Shown here: piece by piece, positions 56,126 to 64,000 of the stretch
Numbering within the stretch: position 1 is the stretch's first letter
Layout: every line of letters starts with the position of its first letter
IMG/VR virus record: IMGVR_UViG_3300020156_000001
Location: 42,321-106,320 of that record
Length of the DNA stretch: 64,000 nt
DNA from: a virus
Lineage: Duplodnaviria; Heunggongvirae; Uroviricota; Caudoviricetes
Reading direction: 5' to 3' (one strand)
Program-made: the position numbers and the translations under genes
Notes under the pieces: model-generated
The model's input: only the letters and a program-made list of their open reading frames with translations
What the model was told of the DNA's origin: nothing
Databases searched by the model: none

Positions 56126-57250
56126 TTAAGCGTTGACTTGCAACTGCTTGGGAGCAAGCTTGCCAACGATCGGATTGCCTGTGCCGGCAATGCGCTGAAG
56201 CTGCGGATGATAAACGTTCTTGAGGAACCACATAGCAGCGTCCTTGGCCGCACGGGAGCTCTTAACGTGTGGGTTCATCATCAAGTTGATCGTATCGAGA
56301 TCCAGGGGCAGATCTTCTTCCGGCGTCTTATCGAAGCCATGATCGCGAAGGTGTTCCAGACCCTGACGGAGAGCCTTGATGTCCACGCCGCCTTCACCCG
56401 CCGGAGTTACCGTGTAAGCGCGAAGCAACATGGTCAAGCCGATCAACACGTTCTTCGGAATAGCTTCGCCAGTCCAAACATCGGTGATCATCTTGCCCGC
56501 AAGCACCACATAGAGACGATCAACATTGGTCGTCTTGTCACCATCTTCGGTGTCGTCGAGACCGCCCCACTTCATCGCTTGCTGGAAGGAGCTAAGCGCG
56601 ACACGCTTACCAATACCCAACGGAGAGTAGATCTTGGACGAATCAAGACCAAAGTCGGTCAGACCTTCGATGCCAATGTTGGCCGCATCAAGCGCATCAC
56701 GCACCCAAAGCATATCTGCGTCTTTGCCGTAGACGCCAGCCTTGTAGTTGCCCACGCTGTCGACCTTGCGACTTTCCGTATTACGAATGCGGAATGCACG
56801 AGCTTCAGCTTCCGGATCATTTGTCTTGACCACGCTTGCTGCGATCTTGGACACGCCGGCAAGCAAAGCCATGTTCAAGCGGTGACCGCCATCCCAGGCC
56901 CAATAAGCGCCGTCGCGATAAGCAACATCGATGGCGCCAGCCGCCATGTGGTCAAAACCATGCTTGAGGACTTGGTTGTAAATGGCCCGATGGTTGGACA
57001 ACCGCTGGTAGCGAAGGTCAATCTTGATGTCATTTACATCAAGTAGTTCGCCAGTTGGTTCACCAGTTACCATTGGGACACTCTGAGTGTCTTCGAGGCC
57101 CAGCTGCATTGCACGATTGTGCAGGATCTTGGCCTTCCATTCAGGAGACCACTGGATAACCCCATTCTCATTATAGGGGTTGTCGTTAACAATGTTAACG
57201 GGACGCTTGGTTGCGCCAGTCAGCGCATCTTGTGTTAGTTGTTCAGACAT
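56126..57250 (-). CDS. ParB/Srx-like domain protein (DUF6551-like)
   Basis: IDLRYQR, WDGGHRL, EAEARAF..N motifs. Confidence 0.75.
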   Translation of the reverse strand: MSEQLTQDALTGATKRPVNIVNDNPYNENGVIQWSPEWKAKILHNRAMQLGLEDTQSVPMVTGEPTGELLDVNDIKIDLRYQRLSNHRAIYNQVLKHGFDHMAAGAIDVAYRDGAYWAWDGGHRLNMALLAGVSKIAASVVKTNDPEAEARAFRIRNTESRKVDSVGNYKAGVYGKDADMLWVRDALDAANIGIEGLTDFGLDSSKIYSPLGIGKRVALSSFQQAMKWGGLDDTEDGDKTTNVDRLYVVLAGKMITDVWTGEAIPKNVLIGLTMLLRAYTVTPAGEGGVDIKALRQGLEHLRDHGFDKTPEEDLPLDLDTINLMMNPHVKSSRAAKDAAMWFLKNVYHPQLQRIAGTGNPIVGKLAPKQLQVNA

Positions 57251-57591
57251 TTCGATCTTTCCTTTCAAGTGCTTAACACTTTGTTGTATTCACGCTACTA
57301 AAATTGTTGCAGCTAAAAACAAAGTCAAGCATTTTTACTGGAGACAAGCAAAAAAGTTTTGTTCGAGCGTTTTCATTTAAAAACAACTCGTGCAGTTTTT
57401 AATCAAATAATGGTAGTTGAAGCTGCGGTAAGACGTACGCAAAGACTATGTAAGTTGTTTTAAAACTAGCACAGCCTAAAAGTCAACTCAAGGAAATCAA
57501 TAGCTTAGGCTATGGATCAAGAAAAACATGTAATTTTAGCTGGTATTCAGGCATGGAAAAAGCGGAGAAAGGATCTCCGCTTTTATGTTCC

Positions 57592-57783
57592 TTAACGGAC
57601 TTGCTGAACGTCACCACCACCCATATTATAGCCGGCCTCATCAGCAAGTTTTGCAGCCTTCAAGCGAGAATCCGCATGAACAAGTATAGTTGTCCACTTG
57701 CCATTGGCCTTGCTGCGAACTTCCATGCTGTAGGAGTGATCTGCATTGCGATCACCAATTGTTTGTGAGAATTGACCTTCCAT
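57592..57783 (-). CDS. Small hypothetical protein
   Basis: AAGGATCG RBS. Confidence 0.55.
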   Translation of the reverse strand: MEGQFSQTIGDRNADHSYSMEVRSKANGKWTTILVHADSRLKAAKLADEAGYNMGGGDVQQVR

Positions 57784-57794
57784 CTTCTCGATCC

Positions 57795-58073
57795 TTATGC
57801 GAAGCGGTTGGCGGAAAGGATCATGGAGTCGATCTTGTCGAAGTTACCATCTTCGCCGATGTGATCTTCAACGTTGTTGAAAACGTCCAGCGCGTAACTC
57901 ATCTTCTTGATCGGACGGCTTGTGCGATCCTTAACGATAAGTTCGAAGCGAATCGTGTCTGCGATGGGATCGGTGACCATTTCCAGGCGGGCCTGACCAT
58001 ACACGGTGGGCTTGGAAGCCATTTCTTTACGAGCGGTGTAGCCGTCGAAATCCTTAAGCGTTACCTGAATCAT
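57795..58073 (-). CDS. Hypothetical protein
   Basis: Consensus RBS and promoter. Confidence 0.7.
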   Translation of the reverse strand: MIQVTLKDFDGYTARKEMASKPTVYGQARLEMVTDPIADTIRFELIVKDRTSRPIKKMSYALDVFNNVEDHIGEDGNFDKIDSMILSANRFA

Positions 58074-58135
58074 GTCCGATCTCCTTTACGTTGTGTATTC
58101 CCAAATTAGCACAATTCAGGAATGTGTCAACCAGT

Positions 58136-58477
58136 TTAGGCAGCTTTACGTGCGTAACGCATAGCAATATTTTGCATGATTTCGTTGAAGCGAGCAACGC
58201 TATCCTTGAGCGGCTCATCCCAGTGGATCTCCAACATGTGTTCGCCATCGCGACCCGTAAACACGTAAACCGTGCCTTGACCATCTGCGAGAGCACTGGA
58301 AGAATCAATTGCTGTGAGGTCGAACTGGAGTTCAGTATCAGCGCAAGCTACGCCAATACTAGCGTAGCCGATATCGCGAACCGCATACTTGAGCTTGCTG
58401 CTGGTAGCGCGAAGAAGAGTGTCGTTGACAATTTCAAATTCCGAAACGTTCCAGCCGTTGTAGGAATAAACACCCAT
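58136..58477 (-). CDS. Hypothetical protein
   Basis: Consensus RBS and promoter. Confidence 0.7.
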   Translation of the reverse strand: MGVYSYNGWNVSEFEIVNDTLLRATSSKLKYAVRDIGYASIGVACADTELQFDLTAIDSSSALADGQGTVYVFTGRDGEHMLEIHWDEPLKDSVARFNEIMQNIAMRYARKAA

Positions 58478-58551
58478 TTCGATCTCTCCTTTGTTTCTAT
58501 GTTCTGATACTAACACAGAACAGGAAGGAGTCAACCAATTTTATTCCTGAA

Positions 58552-58908
58552 TTAATCGAGATTTCCAGTGTAATAGTTGAGAGCGATAAAGTCGGCAAAG
58601 CTAATGTGCTGACTGCGATCGTATGCGCCTTCAAGCGTGATCTTGCTCTTGCCGATTTTGAGAATGCGACCGGTCCAACCACCACGATCATATGCACGGC
58701 CGCGGATAGTTTCACCGACCTTAAATGTGAGATCGAATTGGAACATCTCAGAACCGTTGAATTCATGAAATGAAAGGCGCGGCTTGTAGGAGAGGATTTC
58801 GCCCTTGATCCGAATGGATTGACGATCCTTGGGAACTTCAACTTCGATATCGTGTGTGCCAGTGTCTCCGTGAACCCAGCTCTTTACTTGCACAGTTGAA
58901 GTTGTCAT
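58552..58908 (-). CDS. Hypothetical protein
   Basis: AGGAGATAG RBS and promoter. Confidence 0.7.
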   Translation of the reverse strand: MTTSTVQVKSWVHGDTGTHDIEVEVPKDRQSIRIKGEILSYKPRLSFHEFNGSEMFQFDLTFKVGETIRGRAYDRGGWTGRILKIGKSKITLEGAYDRSQHISFADFIALNYYTGNLD

Positions 58909-58970
58909 TTGCTATCTCCTGTTGCTTTGTTATTCCCAAATTAGCACGTTTCAGGAATATGTCAACCAAT

Positions 58971-59168
58971 TCAGGAAGAAAGTTTGTCCTTTAGGATCTG
59001 ATTGCGAATAAACTTTTCAGCCGCTTCCATGGTTTCAAAGCCATTGCCCATGGGCAACCAACTGTAAAACCATTGCCGTTCAACAATAATGCTGGTAATC
59101 AGCTCATTGCTACAGGTATCAAAACCCTTATACGTTTTGACAATCCTGTATTGGTCAAACGTTTTCAT
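58971..59168 (-). CDS. Small hypothetical protein
   Basis: Coupled ORF. Confidence 0.5.
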   Translation of the reverse strand: MKTFDQYRIVKTYKGFDTCSNELITSIIVERQWFYSWLPMGNGFETMEAAEKFIRNQILKDKLSS

Positions 59169-59449
59169 TTGGTTTCAAACATACTGGATTGAAAAGCCAA
59201 CTTTATCATAATCGCGTCCGAAAGTTCGGAAAAGACCATGATGTTACGCCAGTCCTTAACGCCCATTTCACGTTGGGCTTTGCCCTTGAGTTCAAAAGTT
59301 TCAACCCATTCAAGCCATCTATGCTTGGAACCAAAAAGGATCCCATAGTCCACGTGTTGGTAGCGAGTGGCTTCGGTTCGAACAAACCAAAGCACATGAC
59401 GCCCTTGGTAATCCTTTGTTAGTTTGAGGCAGAAAAGGTCTTGGCTCAT
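59165..59449 (-). CDS. FKL-motif family protein
   Basis: FSELSDAIMIKLAF. Confidence 0.7.
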   Translation of the reverse strand: MSQDLFCLKLTKDYQGRHVLWFVRTEATRYQHVDYGILFGSKHRWLEWVETFELKGKAQREMGVKDWRNIMVFSELSDAIMIKLAFQSSMFETK

Positions 59450-59479
59450 TTGGCTATCCTAGCACTAGCGCGCCAGTTG

Positions 59480-59926
59480 TCAAGCGGTCTCACCCACAAG
59501 CACCCGTTCCCAAGCGGCAATAAACTCAAGCTCATAAAACCCCGCATAGGATTGGGCTTCATGAATTGCAATTTCACGGTCCAACAGTACGACTAGATTT
59601 GCATCAAGGCCAACTTTAGCCGCGGCCAACGCTTTTGCTACTTCATCCTTCGCCACTGATAGTTCAACGGGCGTGGCTTTACGTGCAAGTGCAATACGAT
59701 ACTCGTTGATGCGTGTGGCAAGCGTACGAAGCGGAACAACACGTTCTTGTTTGCGGGAGGTCACCCAACCCTTGACACCATTGGCTGCGGTATTGCCCAA
59801 ATAGGAAAGCAAAACTGCTGGTCCCTTTTTGATAACGTCGGTAACAATAACAGTGATTGCAAGCCAATACAGGGGTAGATCCGAGATATTGGCTTGTAAG
59901 AATTTGAAGATTTCGTTGATATCCAT
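59480..59926 (-). CDS. Membrane-anchored hypothetical protein
   Basis: N-terminal hydrophobic helix; GAGGG RBS. Confidence 0.6.
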   Translation of the reverse strand: MDINEIFKFLQANISDLPLYWLAITVIVTDVIKKGPAVLLSYLGNTAANGVKGWVTSRKQERVVPLRTLATRINEYRIALARKATPVELSVAKDEVAKALAAAKVGLDANLVVLLDREIAIHEAQSYAGFYELEFIAAWERVLVGETA

Positions 59927-59983
59927 GAGTCCCTCTGGGGTTTTTCTCCCAGTATATGGAAGGACTCCTGAATTATCAATAAG

Positions 59984-60193
59984 TTACTTCTTAGCCCGCC
60001 GAATCGCTTTAATTACCTTGTCCGTGCAAGGCACAGTAGCCAATGTGGATGAGTTTCCAAAGCCCGTGTATGCGAAACACAATTCGGTATTCGCATCATA
60101 CGTGTAGGAGATTGTGGAATTAGATCCATCGCCAGGGGCGGGATCACAGCCAGCGAGAACCGCTAGACCTACGAGCAAAACCGTGCGCTTCAC
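59984..60193 (-). CDS. Small lipoprotein
   Basis: Lipobox LAGC; shares YxxDxxxxxCFA...ATVxCT motif with 60447..60743. Confidence 0.7.
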   Translation of the reverse strand: MKRTVLLVGLAVLAGCDPAPGDGSNSTISYTYDANTELCFAYTGFGNSSTLATVPCTDKVIKAIRRAKK

Positions 60194-60438
60194 TTCTTAT
60201 TTTCCTTTTCAACCATAAAGAGCTGCTTAACAGGGAACAATTTATTAGTAAAGGCACCGGCATCATCAGTTACGTAGAAGCCATCGGGAACGCCTTTATA
60301 CGTCTTGCCCATATATGTGAAGGTAGTTTCGTGGTGCGGCTTGACAACTTTACCAAACCCTTTGAGATGGCCATCACGCCACTCCACAGGATTGCCCTTT
60401 TGTAGGCGCCACAGAAAGTTGCCGGACTTTTTAGCCAC
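60190..60438 (-). CDS. Hypothetical protein
   Basis: AGGAG RBS before GTG. Confidence 0.55.
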   Translation of the reverse strand: MAKKSGNFLWRLQKGNPVEWRDGHLKGFGKVVKPHHETTFTYMGKTYKGVPDGFYVTDDAGAFTNKLFPVKQLFMVEKENKK

Positions 60439-60446
60439 GAAGTCTC

Positions 60447-60743
60447 CTATCGATTGCGAAGCATTAGAGAACGATCTTCTTCAACTGCCCGCATGATGGC
60501 CGGCGTGCATTCAACAGTTGCACGAGTTTCGTAGGACATGCCCGGGCTTGTTACCGCAAAGCATTGGTCGCCGCGTGGATCATGAATGTAATAGATTGGG
60601 CCACCCTTGTAGTTGCCCTGATTGCGATGTTCGATTTGAACTGCTCGGCTCTCATCGAATTTAATCCAGCCTGCCATAGTTCCAATGGCTGTTGCCGCAC
60701 CAACCACACAAAGGGTAATTGTCAGCTTTACTTCACCGCGCAT
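60447..60743 (-). CDS. Membrane-anchored protein (paralog of 59984..60193)
   Basis: TM then YIHDPRGDQCFA...ATVECT. Confidence 0.65.
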   Translation of the reverse strand: MRGEVKLTITLCVVGAATAIGTMAGWIKFDESRAVQIEHRNQGNYKGGPIYYIHDPRGDQCFAVTSPGMSYETRATVECTPAIMRAVEEDRSLMLRNR

Positions 60744-61043
60744 TTTATTTTCCTTAAAGTGTGCCCATGTAATCGGCCACAGCCTGCTCCGGCGAAAGAC
60801 CTTCTTCGAAGATCGCCTGCCATACCCAACCCGTACGGGTTGCACTCATTTCAAGACGCTCGGTAAAAAGCGCCTCTACTTGCGCCATCCATTCGGTAAA
60901 AGTTGTCATCTTCGATCTCCTGTTGTTATCAGTAATCTAACATAGGAAACCAATTTGTCAACCAGGAAGGTAGAAAAAGCGGCCCTAAGACCGCTTTTAT
61001 GAGCAATTAGCCCACAAGCCAAGTAGTTAACTTAGCTCTTCGT

Positions 61044-61126
61044 TGGTGCGTCTGGAGGGACTCGAACCCCCACGGTCTCCCGCTGGTACCTAAAACCAGT
61101 GCGTCTACCAATTCCGCCACAAACGC
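61044..61126 (-). tRNA. tRNA-Leu(TAG)
   Basis: GTGGCGGAATTGGTAGACGC, loop TTTAGGT, variable arm, CCA. Confidence 0.93.
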
Positions 61127-61142
61127 ATATAAGTTGTTAACT

Positions 61143-61217
61143 TGGTGCCCCCGGAGAGGATTGAACTCCCGACCTTCGGTTTACAAAACCGCTGCTCTAC
61201 CGCTGAGCTACAAGGGC
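61143..61217 (-). tRNA. tRNA-Thr(TGT)
   Basis: TAGCTCAGCGGTAGAGC, loop TTTGTAA, CCA. Confidence 0.93.
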
Positions 61218-61289
61218 ATCTAATTAACAACTTATGTTCTTATTTATATATGAGTTGCCAGAGCTTTTCAACCTTTTTGTTGAATTATT

Positions 61290-61559
61290 TTATATGCCAG
61301 CACCATCAACGAGTCCAGGGTCCGTTGGTTGCTTTTGGTTTTGTATGTCCAACACTGCCCCATATATGATACCAGGGAAAACCACTGTTAGACTACACAG
61401 GAGCAGCCCAAATAGAATGCCAACGGAAAATACAACAACGACAGGCTGTTGTAGGTTTGTCCACCACGCATAACCCCATACGTAGAAAACCAAACCGGTG
61501 GAAATCACCACCCAAGACAAACACCATCGTAGGAAGAAACGTTCAAATGTTTCCATCAT
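61290..61559 (-). CDS. Small membrane protein
   Basis: Two TMs. Confidence 0.55.
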   Translation of the reverse strand: MMETFERFFLRWCLSWVVISTGLVFYVWGYAWWTNLQQPVVVVFSVGILFGLLLCSLTVVFPGIIYGAVLDIQNQKQPTDPGLVDGAGI

Positions 61560-61837
61560 CCAAATCTCAATTTGAATTGGATTGCATGATCCCTATGTGT
61601 AAACCACAACACTTGTATAAGGTTTTTTGTCTTTGTGTCTTGATGATATAATGTGTCGTAGAGACTTGCGTCCACCTCAGCGAATAACCAATTCAATATT
61701 TTCTGTTCCGTGTTGGAGGTGATAAACCCAGACGTTGCTTTGCCTAATACGACTACCACTTCGTATGGAAATTGTTCCACGTGAGCATCAAAATCCGACG
61801 GCCCCTTATAGTATTCCCTATACGCGCTCATCCCCAC
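61556..61837 (-). CDS. FKL-motif family protein
   Basis: FPYEV...WFTHRDHAIQFKLRFG. Confidence 0.8.
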   Translation of the reverse strand: MGMSAYREYYKGPSDFDAHVEQFPYEVVVVLGKATSGFITSNTEQKILNWLFAEVDASLYDTLYHQDTKTKNLIQVLWFTHRDHAIQFKLRFG

Positions 61838-62088
61838 CTCAATTTGAATTGAATTGCATCTGAGTTACGATGGAACCAAACATAAAGGCATGATCCTTCA
61901 TCCTTAGGACCTTGTTCGACATAGCAATAATATTTTTCGAATCCTGCGTCTTCAATTTCCTCACTAAGCCAGTTATAGATTTCCATTCGCTTCGAATAAC
62001 TTATTCTCTTTAGTATGACCTCATGCGGCCACATAACTTTATAAGTGGAGGCAAATGGCTCTTTGAATATAATTGAATGAGAACTCAT
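61828..62088 (-). CDS. FKL-motif family protein
   Basis: WPHEV...WFHRNSDAIQFKLRWG. Confidence 0.8.
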   Translation of the reverse strand: MSSHSIIFKEPFASTYKVMWPHEVILKRISYSKRMEIYNWLSEEIEDAGFEKYYCYVEQGPKDEGSCLYVWFHRNSDAIQFKLRWG

Positions 62089-62339
62089 TAGCCAAACCTC
62101 AGCTTAAATTCCAACGCATGGTGCTTTTCAGTAAACCATAGAATGTGGTACATGATATGCGTACTAATGTCTTCCCAGACCGCTATATCATAATTTTCCT
62201 CACCAACGGTTTCGTAAAACCATTCCTTTAGCCCGGTGGTATCAGTCATAACTAAGATGACTTCGTGTGGCCACTTCTTAAGCGATTTTTGATACCAAGG
62301 ATCATAAGGAAAAAACTTCCTACGGAAGTCTAAACTCAT
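62088..62339 (-). CDS. FKL-motif family protein
   Basis: WPHEV...WFTEKHHALEFKLRFG. Confidence 0.8.
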   Translation of the reverse strand: MSLDFRRKFFPYDPWYQKSLKKWPHEVILVMTDTTGLKEWFYETVGEENYDIAVWEDISTHIMYHILWFTEKHHALEFKLRFG

Positions 62340-62361
62340 TGGCCACCCCACCGGTTGTCCA

Positions 62362-62628
62362 CTACTTGTTTCCCCATGCAAGCTTGCACATCATTGCCGT
62401 ACGCTCATCGTCAAGCCAAACATAGGTAACAGTTGTCTCACCTCTGCCCAACTGTACGGTCATAAAGTCGGCTTCGGCTTTTGGATGATGCTCAGCAAAC
62501 CAATCCTTTAGCGTGTCGGAATCCACGCCCACGCAAACGATCTCAAGTGGAAAAGCTGCTTCATGTTCAAAAGCGTTCATGTTTGTATCAAACCTCAGCG
62601 TTCTCATGTTAAACTTATCAACGCTCAT
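62362..62628 (-). CDS. FKL-motif family protein
   Basis: FPLEI...WLDDERTAMMCKLAWG. Confidence 0.75.
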   Translation of the reverse strand: MSVDKFNMRTLRFDTNMNAFEHEAAFPLEIVCVGVDSDTLKDWFAEHHPKAEADFMTVQLGRGETTVTYVWLDDERTAMMCKLAWGNK

Positions 62629-62894
62629 ACTAAACCTGCAAACCTCAGCTTGAACTCAATGGCATGATTAGCATTGTTAAACCAAACCACGAACAAAATC
62701 GTATGCAGACTAAGTGGATCACTCATGTAATCGTTTTTGCATTGCTGATTTTGCTCCATAATCCATCTCCGCACGTCTATGGCCTTAGTGCGCGGAACTA
62801 CTATTTGCACCTCATGCGGATACATCTCAACATGGATCTTGTATAGGGTTGAAGAAAACAGTTCTCGACGATATTCACTCACCTGTAACTCCAT
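62625..62894 (-). CDS. FKL-motif family protein
   Basis: YPHEV...WFNNANHAIEFKLRFA. Confidence 0.8.
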   Translation of the reverse strand: MELQVSEYRRELFSSTLYKIHVEMYPHEVQIVVPRTKAIDVRRWIMEQNQQCKNDYMSDPLSLHTILFVVWFNNANHAIEFKLRFAGLV

Positions 62895-63147
62895 CCCACC
62901 GCAAGCGGAATTCTATAGCGTCATTCCGGTGACGAAACCACACGATATTTGCATGGTAGTCGTTGATATCATCATACCAAACGAGAATGTCGTAGTTTTC
63001 CTTTTTCACATACTTTGCAAGCCATTCGTCAAGTTCTTCTTCAACTCGCCAATGATACTCAAATACCACCTCATAAGGAAACTCACGCTGATGCCAAGCC
63101 AGTTGGATTGGGGTACGGATGAGGTCCCTATAGTTAATCATGACCAT
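62875..63147 (-). CDS. FKL-motif family protein
   Basis: FPYEV...WFRHRNDAIEFRLRW. Confidence 0.8.
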   Translation of the reverse strand: MVMINYRDLIRTPIQLAWHQREFPYEVVFEYHWRVEEELDEWLAKYVKKENYDILVWYDDINDYHANIVWFRHRNDAIEFRLRWDGVTGE

Positions 63148-63389
63148 GTTAGCTTGAACTGTAACACCATGTCCAAGAACCTGCTAGAGAGGACAACTTC
63201 CTCACAATCTTCGCCCGTATAAGGAAACTCCACTTTCATATCAAAGTCTTCAAAGCCGCCTTGATGATAGTCAATCACATAGTGGGTTGCCCACACAAGA
63301 ATAGCATCTGCAACTTTGCCACGTTCCGCATAAGGTAGAGGACCAATCTTAACGCTTGCTTGATGCGGAAAAGACTTTCTTGGCATCAC
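63138..63389 (-). CDS. FKL-motif family protein
   Basis: FPHQA...VLQFKLTWS. Confidence 0.7.
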   Translation of the reverse strand: MMPRKSFPHQASVKIGPLPYAERGKVADAILVWATHYVIDYHQGGFEDFDMKVEFPYTGEDCEEVVLSSRFLDMVLQFKLTWS

Positions 63390-63622
63390 TTTCTCGCCAG
63401 CTTTTGCAGAACGTCTCGATGCTTGAACAAGTATAAGACTGGATCCGGATCCGCAAACACCTTGATACTCTTGGTAGTTCCGCCCTCGATTACAAGTTCA
63501 ATCCTATAATCAAATGTGGCGAATTCTTTTAAAAGACTGATGGCAAAGAATGCGTTATAGTTGGTGTCAACATCAACAACTACATGTGGATTTTTGGATT
63601 TATAAACCGCTGTTTGCTTCAT
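63386..63622 (-). CDS. Hypothetical protein (weak FKL-family similarity)
   Basis: Coupled ORF; LYLFKHR. Confidence 0.5.
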   Translation of the reverse strand: MKQTAVYKSKNPHVVVDVDTNYNAFFAISLLKEFATFDYRIELVIEGGTTKSIKVFADPDPVLYLFKHRDVLQKLARK

Positions 63623-63643
63623 AGGGATTGTGCAAAGTTTGTG

Positions 63644-63961
63644 TTACTCATCCACTAGTTCCTCACCGCAGAACTTCATCTTGAAGAGAAACTGCTGACT
63701 GCGATTTGGCGTAAAGTGGATTGACGAACCCGCCTTGACCATCAAGTGCAAGCCTTGAAGTGCGGTTTCCTCACGTAGCGTTTTTAGGATCAGATCGAGA
63801 TCATGCGCAAGCATCTTGTAATTCCAACGATCGACTTGACCGTCTAGCGCAATAGACCATTCAAAGGGCGTTTGCATTACACCCCAATCCAATAGGAGTT
63901 GCTCGTCGTCCTCGCCACTGAGAACCAGCTTAAAGCAAATATCGTCGAACAACTCAGCCAT
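63644..63961 (-). CDS. FKL-motif family protein
   Basis: QQFLFKMKF; AGGAG RBS, promoter upstream. Confidence 0.65.
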   Translation of the reverse strand: MAELFDDICFKLVLSGEDDEQLLLDWGVMQTPFEWSIALDGQVDRWNYKMLAHDLDLILKTLREETALQGLHLMVKAGSSIHFTPNRSQQFLFKMKFCGEELVDE

Positions 63962-64000
63962 TGGTCTCTCCTATTTGTGCCAGCTTAGCACGGCATAGGA

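Noticed and set aside
56138-57046. 302 aa + strand ORF
   Set aside because: Antisense shadow of the ParB-like gene; no motifs or RBS.

Overview
Segment of a large dsDNA (jumbo, T4-like late transcription) bacteriophage genome, most likely infecting an alphaproteobacterium such as Rhizobium/Agrobacterium. This host call is inferred from the ornithine decarboxylase and NAD kinase sequences. After the 3' end of a + strand FG-GAP-repeat virion gene, almost everything is on the - strand. It is an accessory region of short genes in units driven by ~30 copies of a TTGACA-type early promoter with an AGGAGATCG ribosome-binding site. It carries host-like genes (ClpP, NAD kinase, ornithine decarboxylase, Pth2, YqeY), cell-wall hydrolases, an SF2 helicase, two ParB-like proteins, a Srd-like protein, a 2H phosphoesterase and 8 tRNAs, most behind T4-type TATAAATA late promoters. 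Four features stand out. (1) About 47 divergent small paralogous proteins share a C-terminal F-x4-[DH]A-x2-FKL-x-[FW] motif. (2) Three dispersed Y-RNA/YrlA-like RNAs contain circularly permuted tRNA modules, one with an alanine-identity acceptor stem and CCA. (3) A ~1 kb highly structured GOLLD-like RNA is present. (4) Several further promoter/terminator-bounded small RNAs occur. All calls come from reading the sequence; no searches were run.
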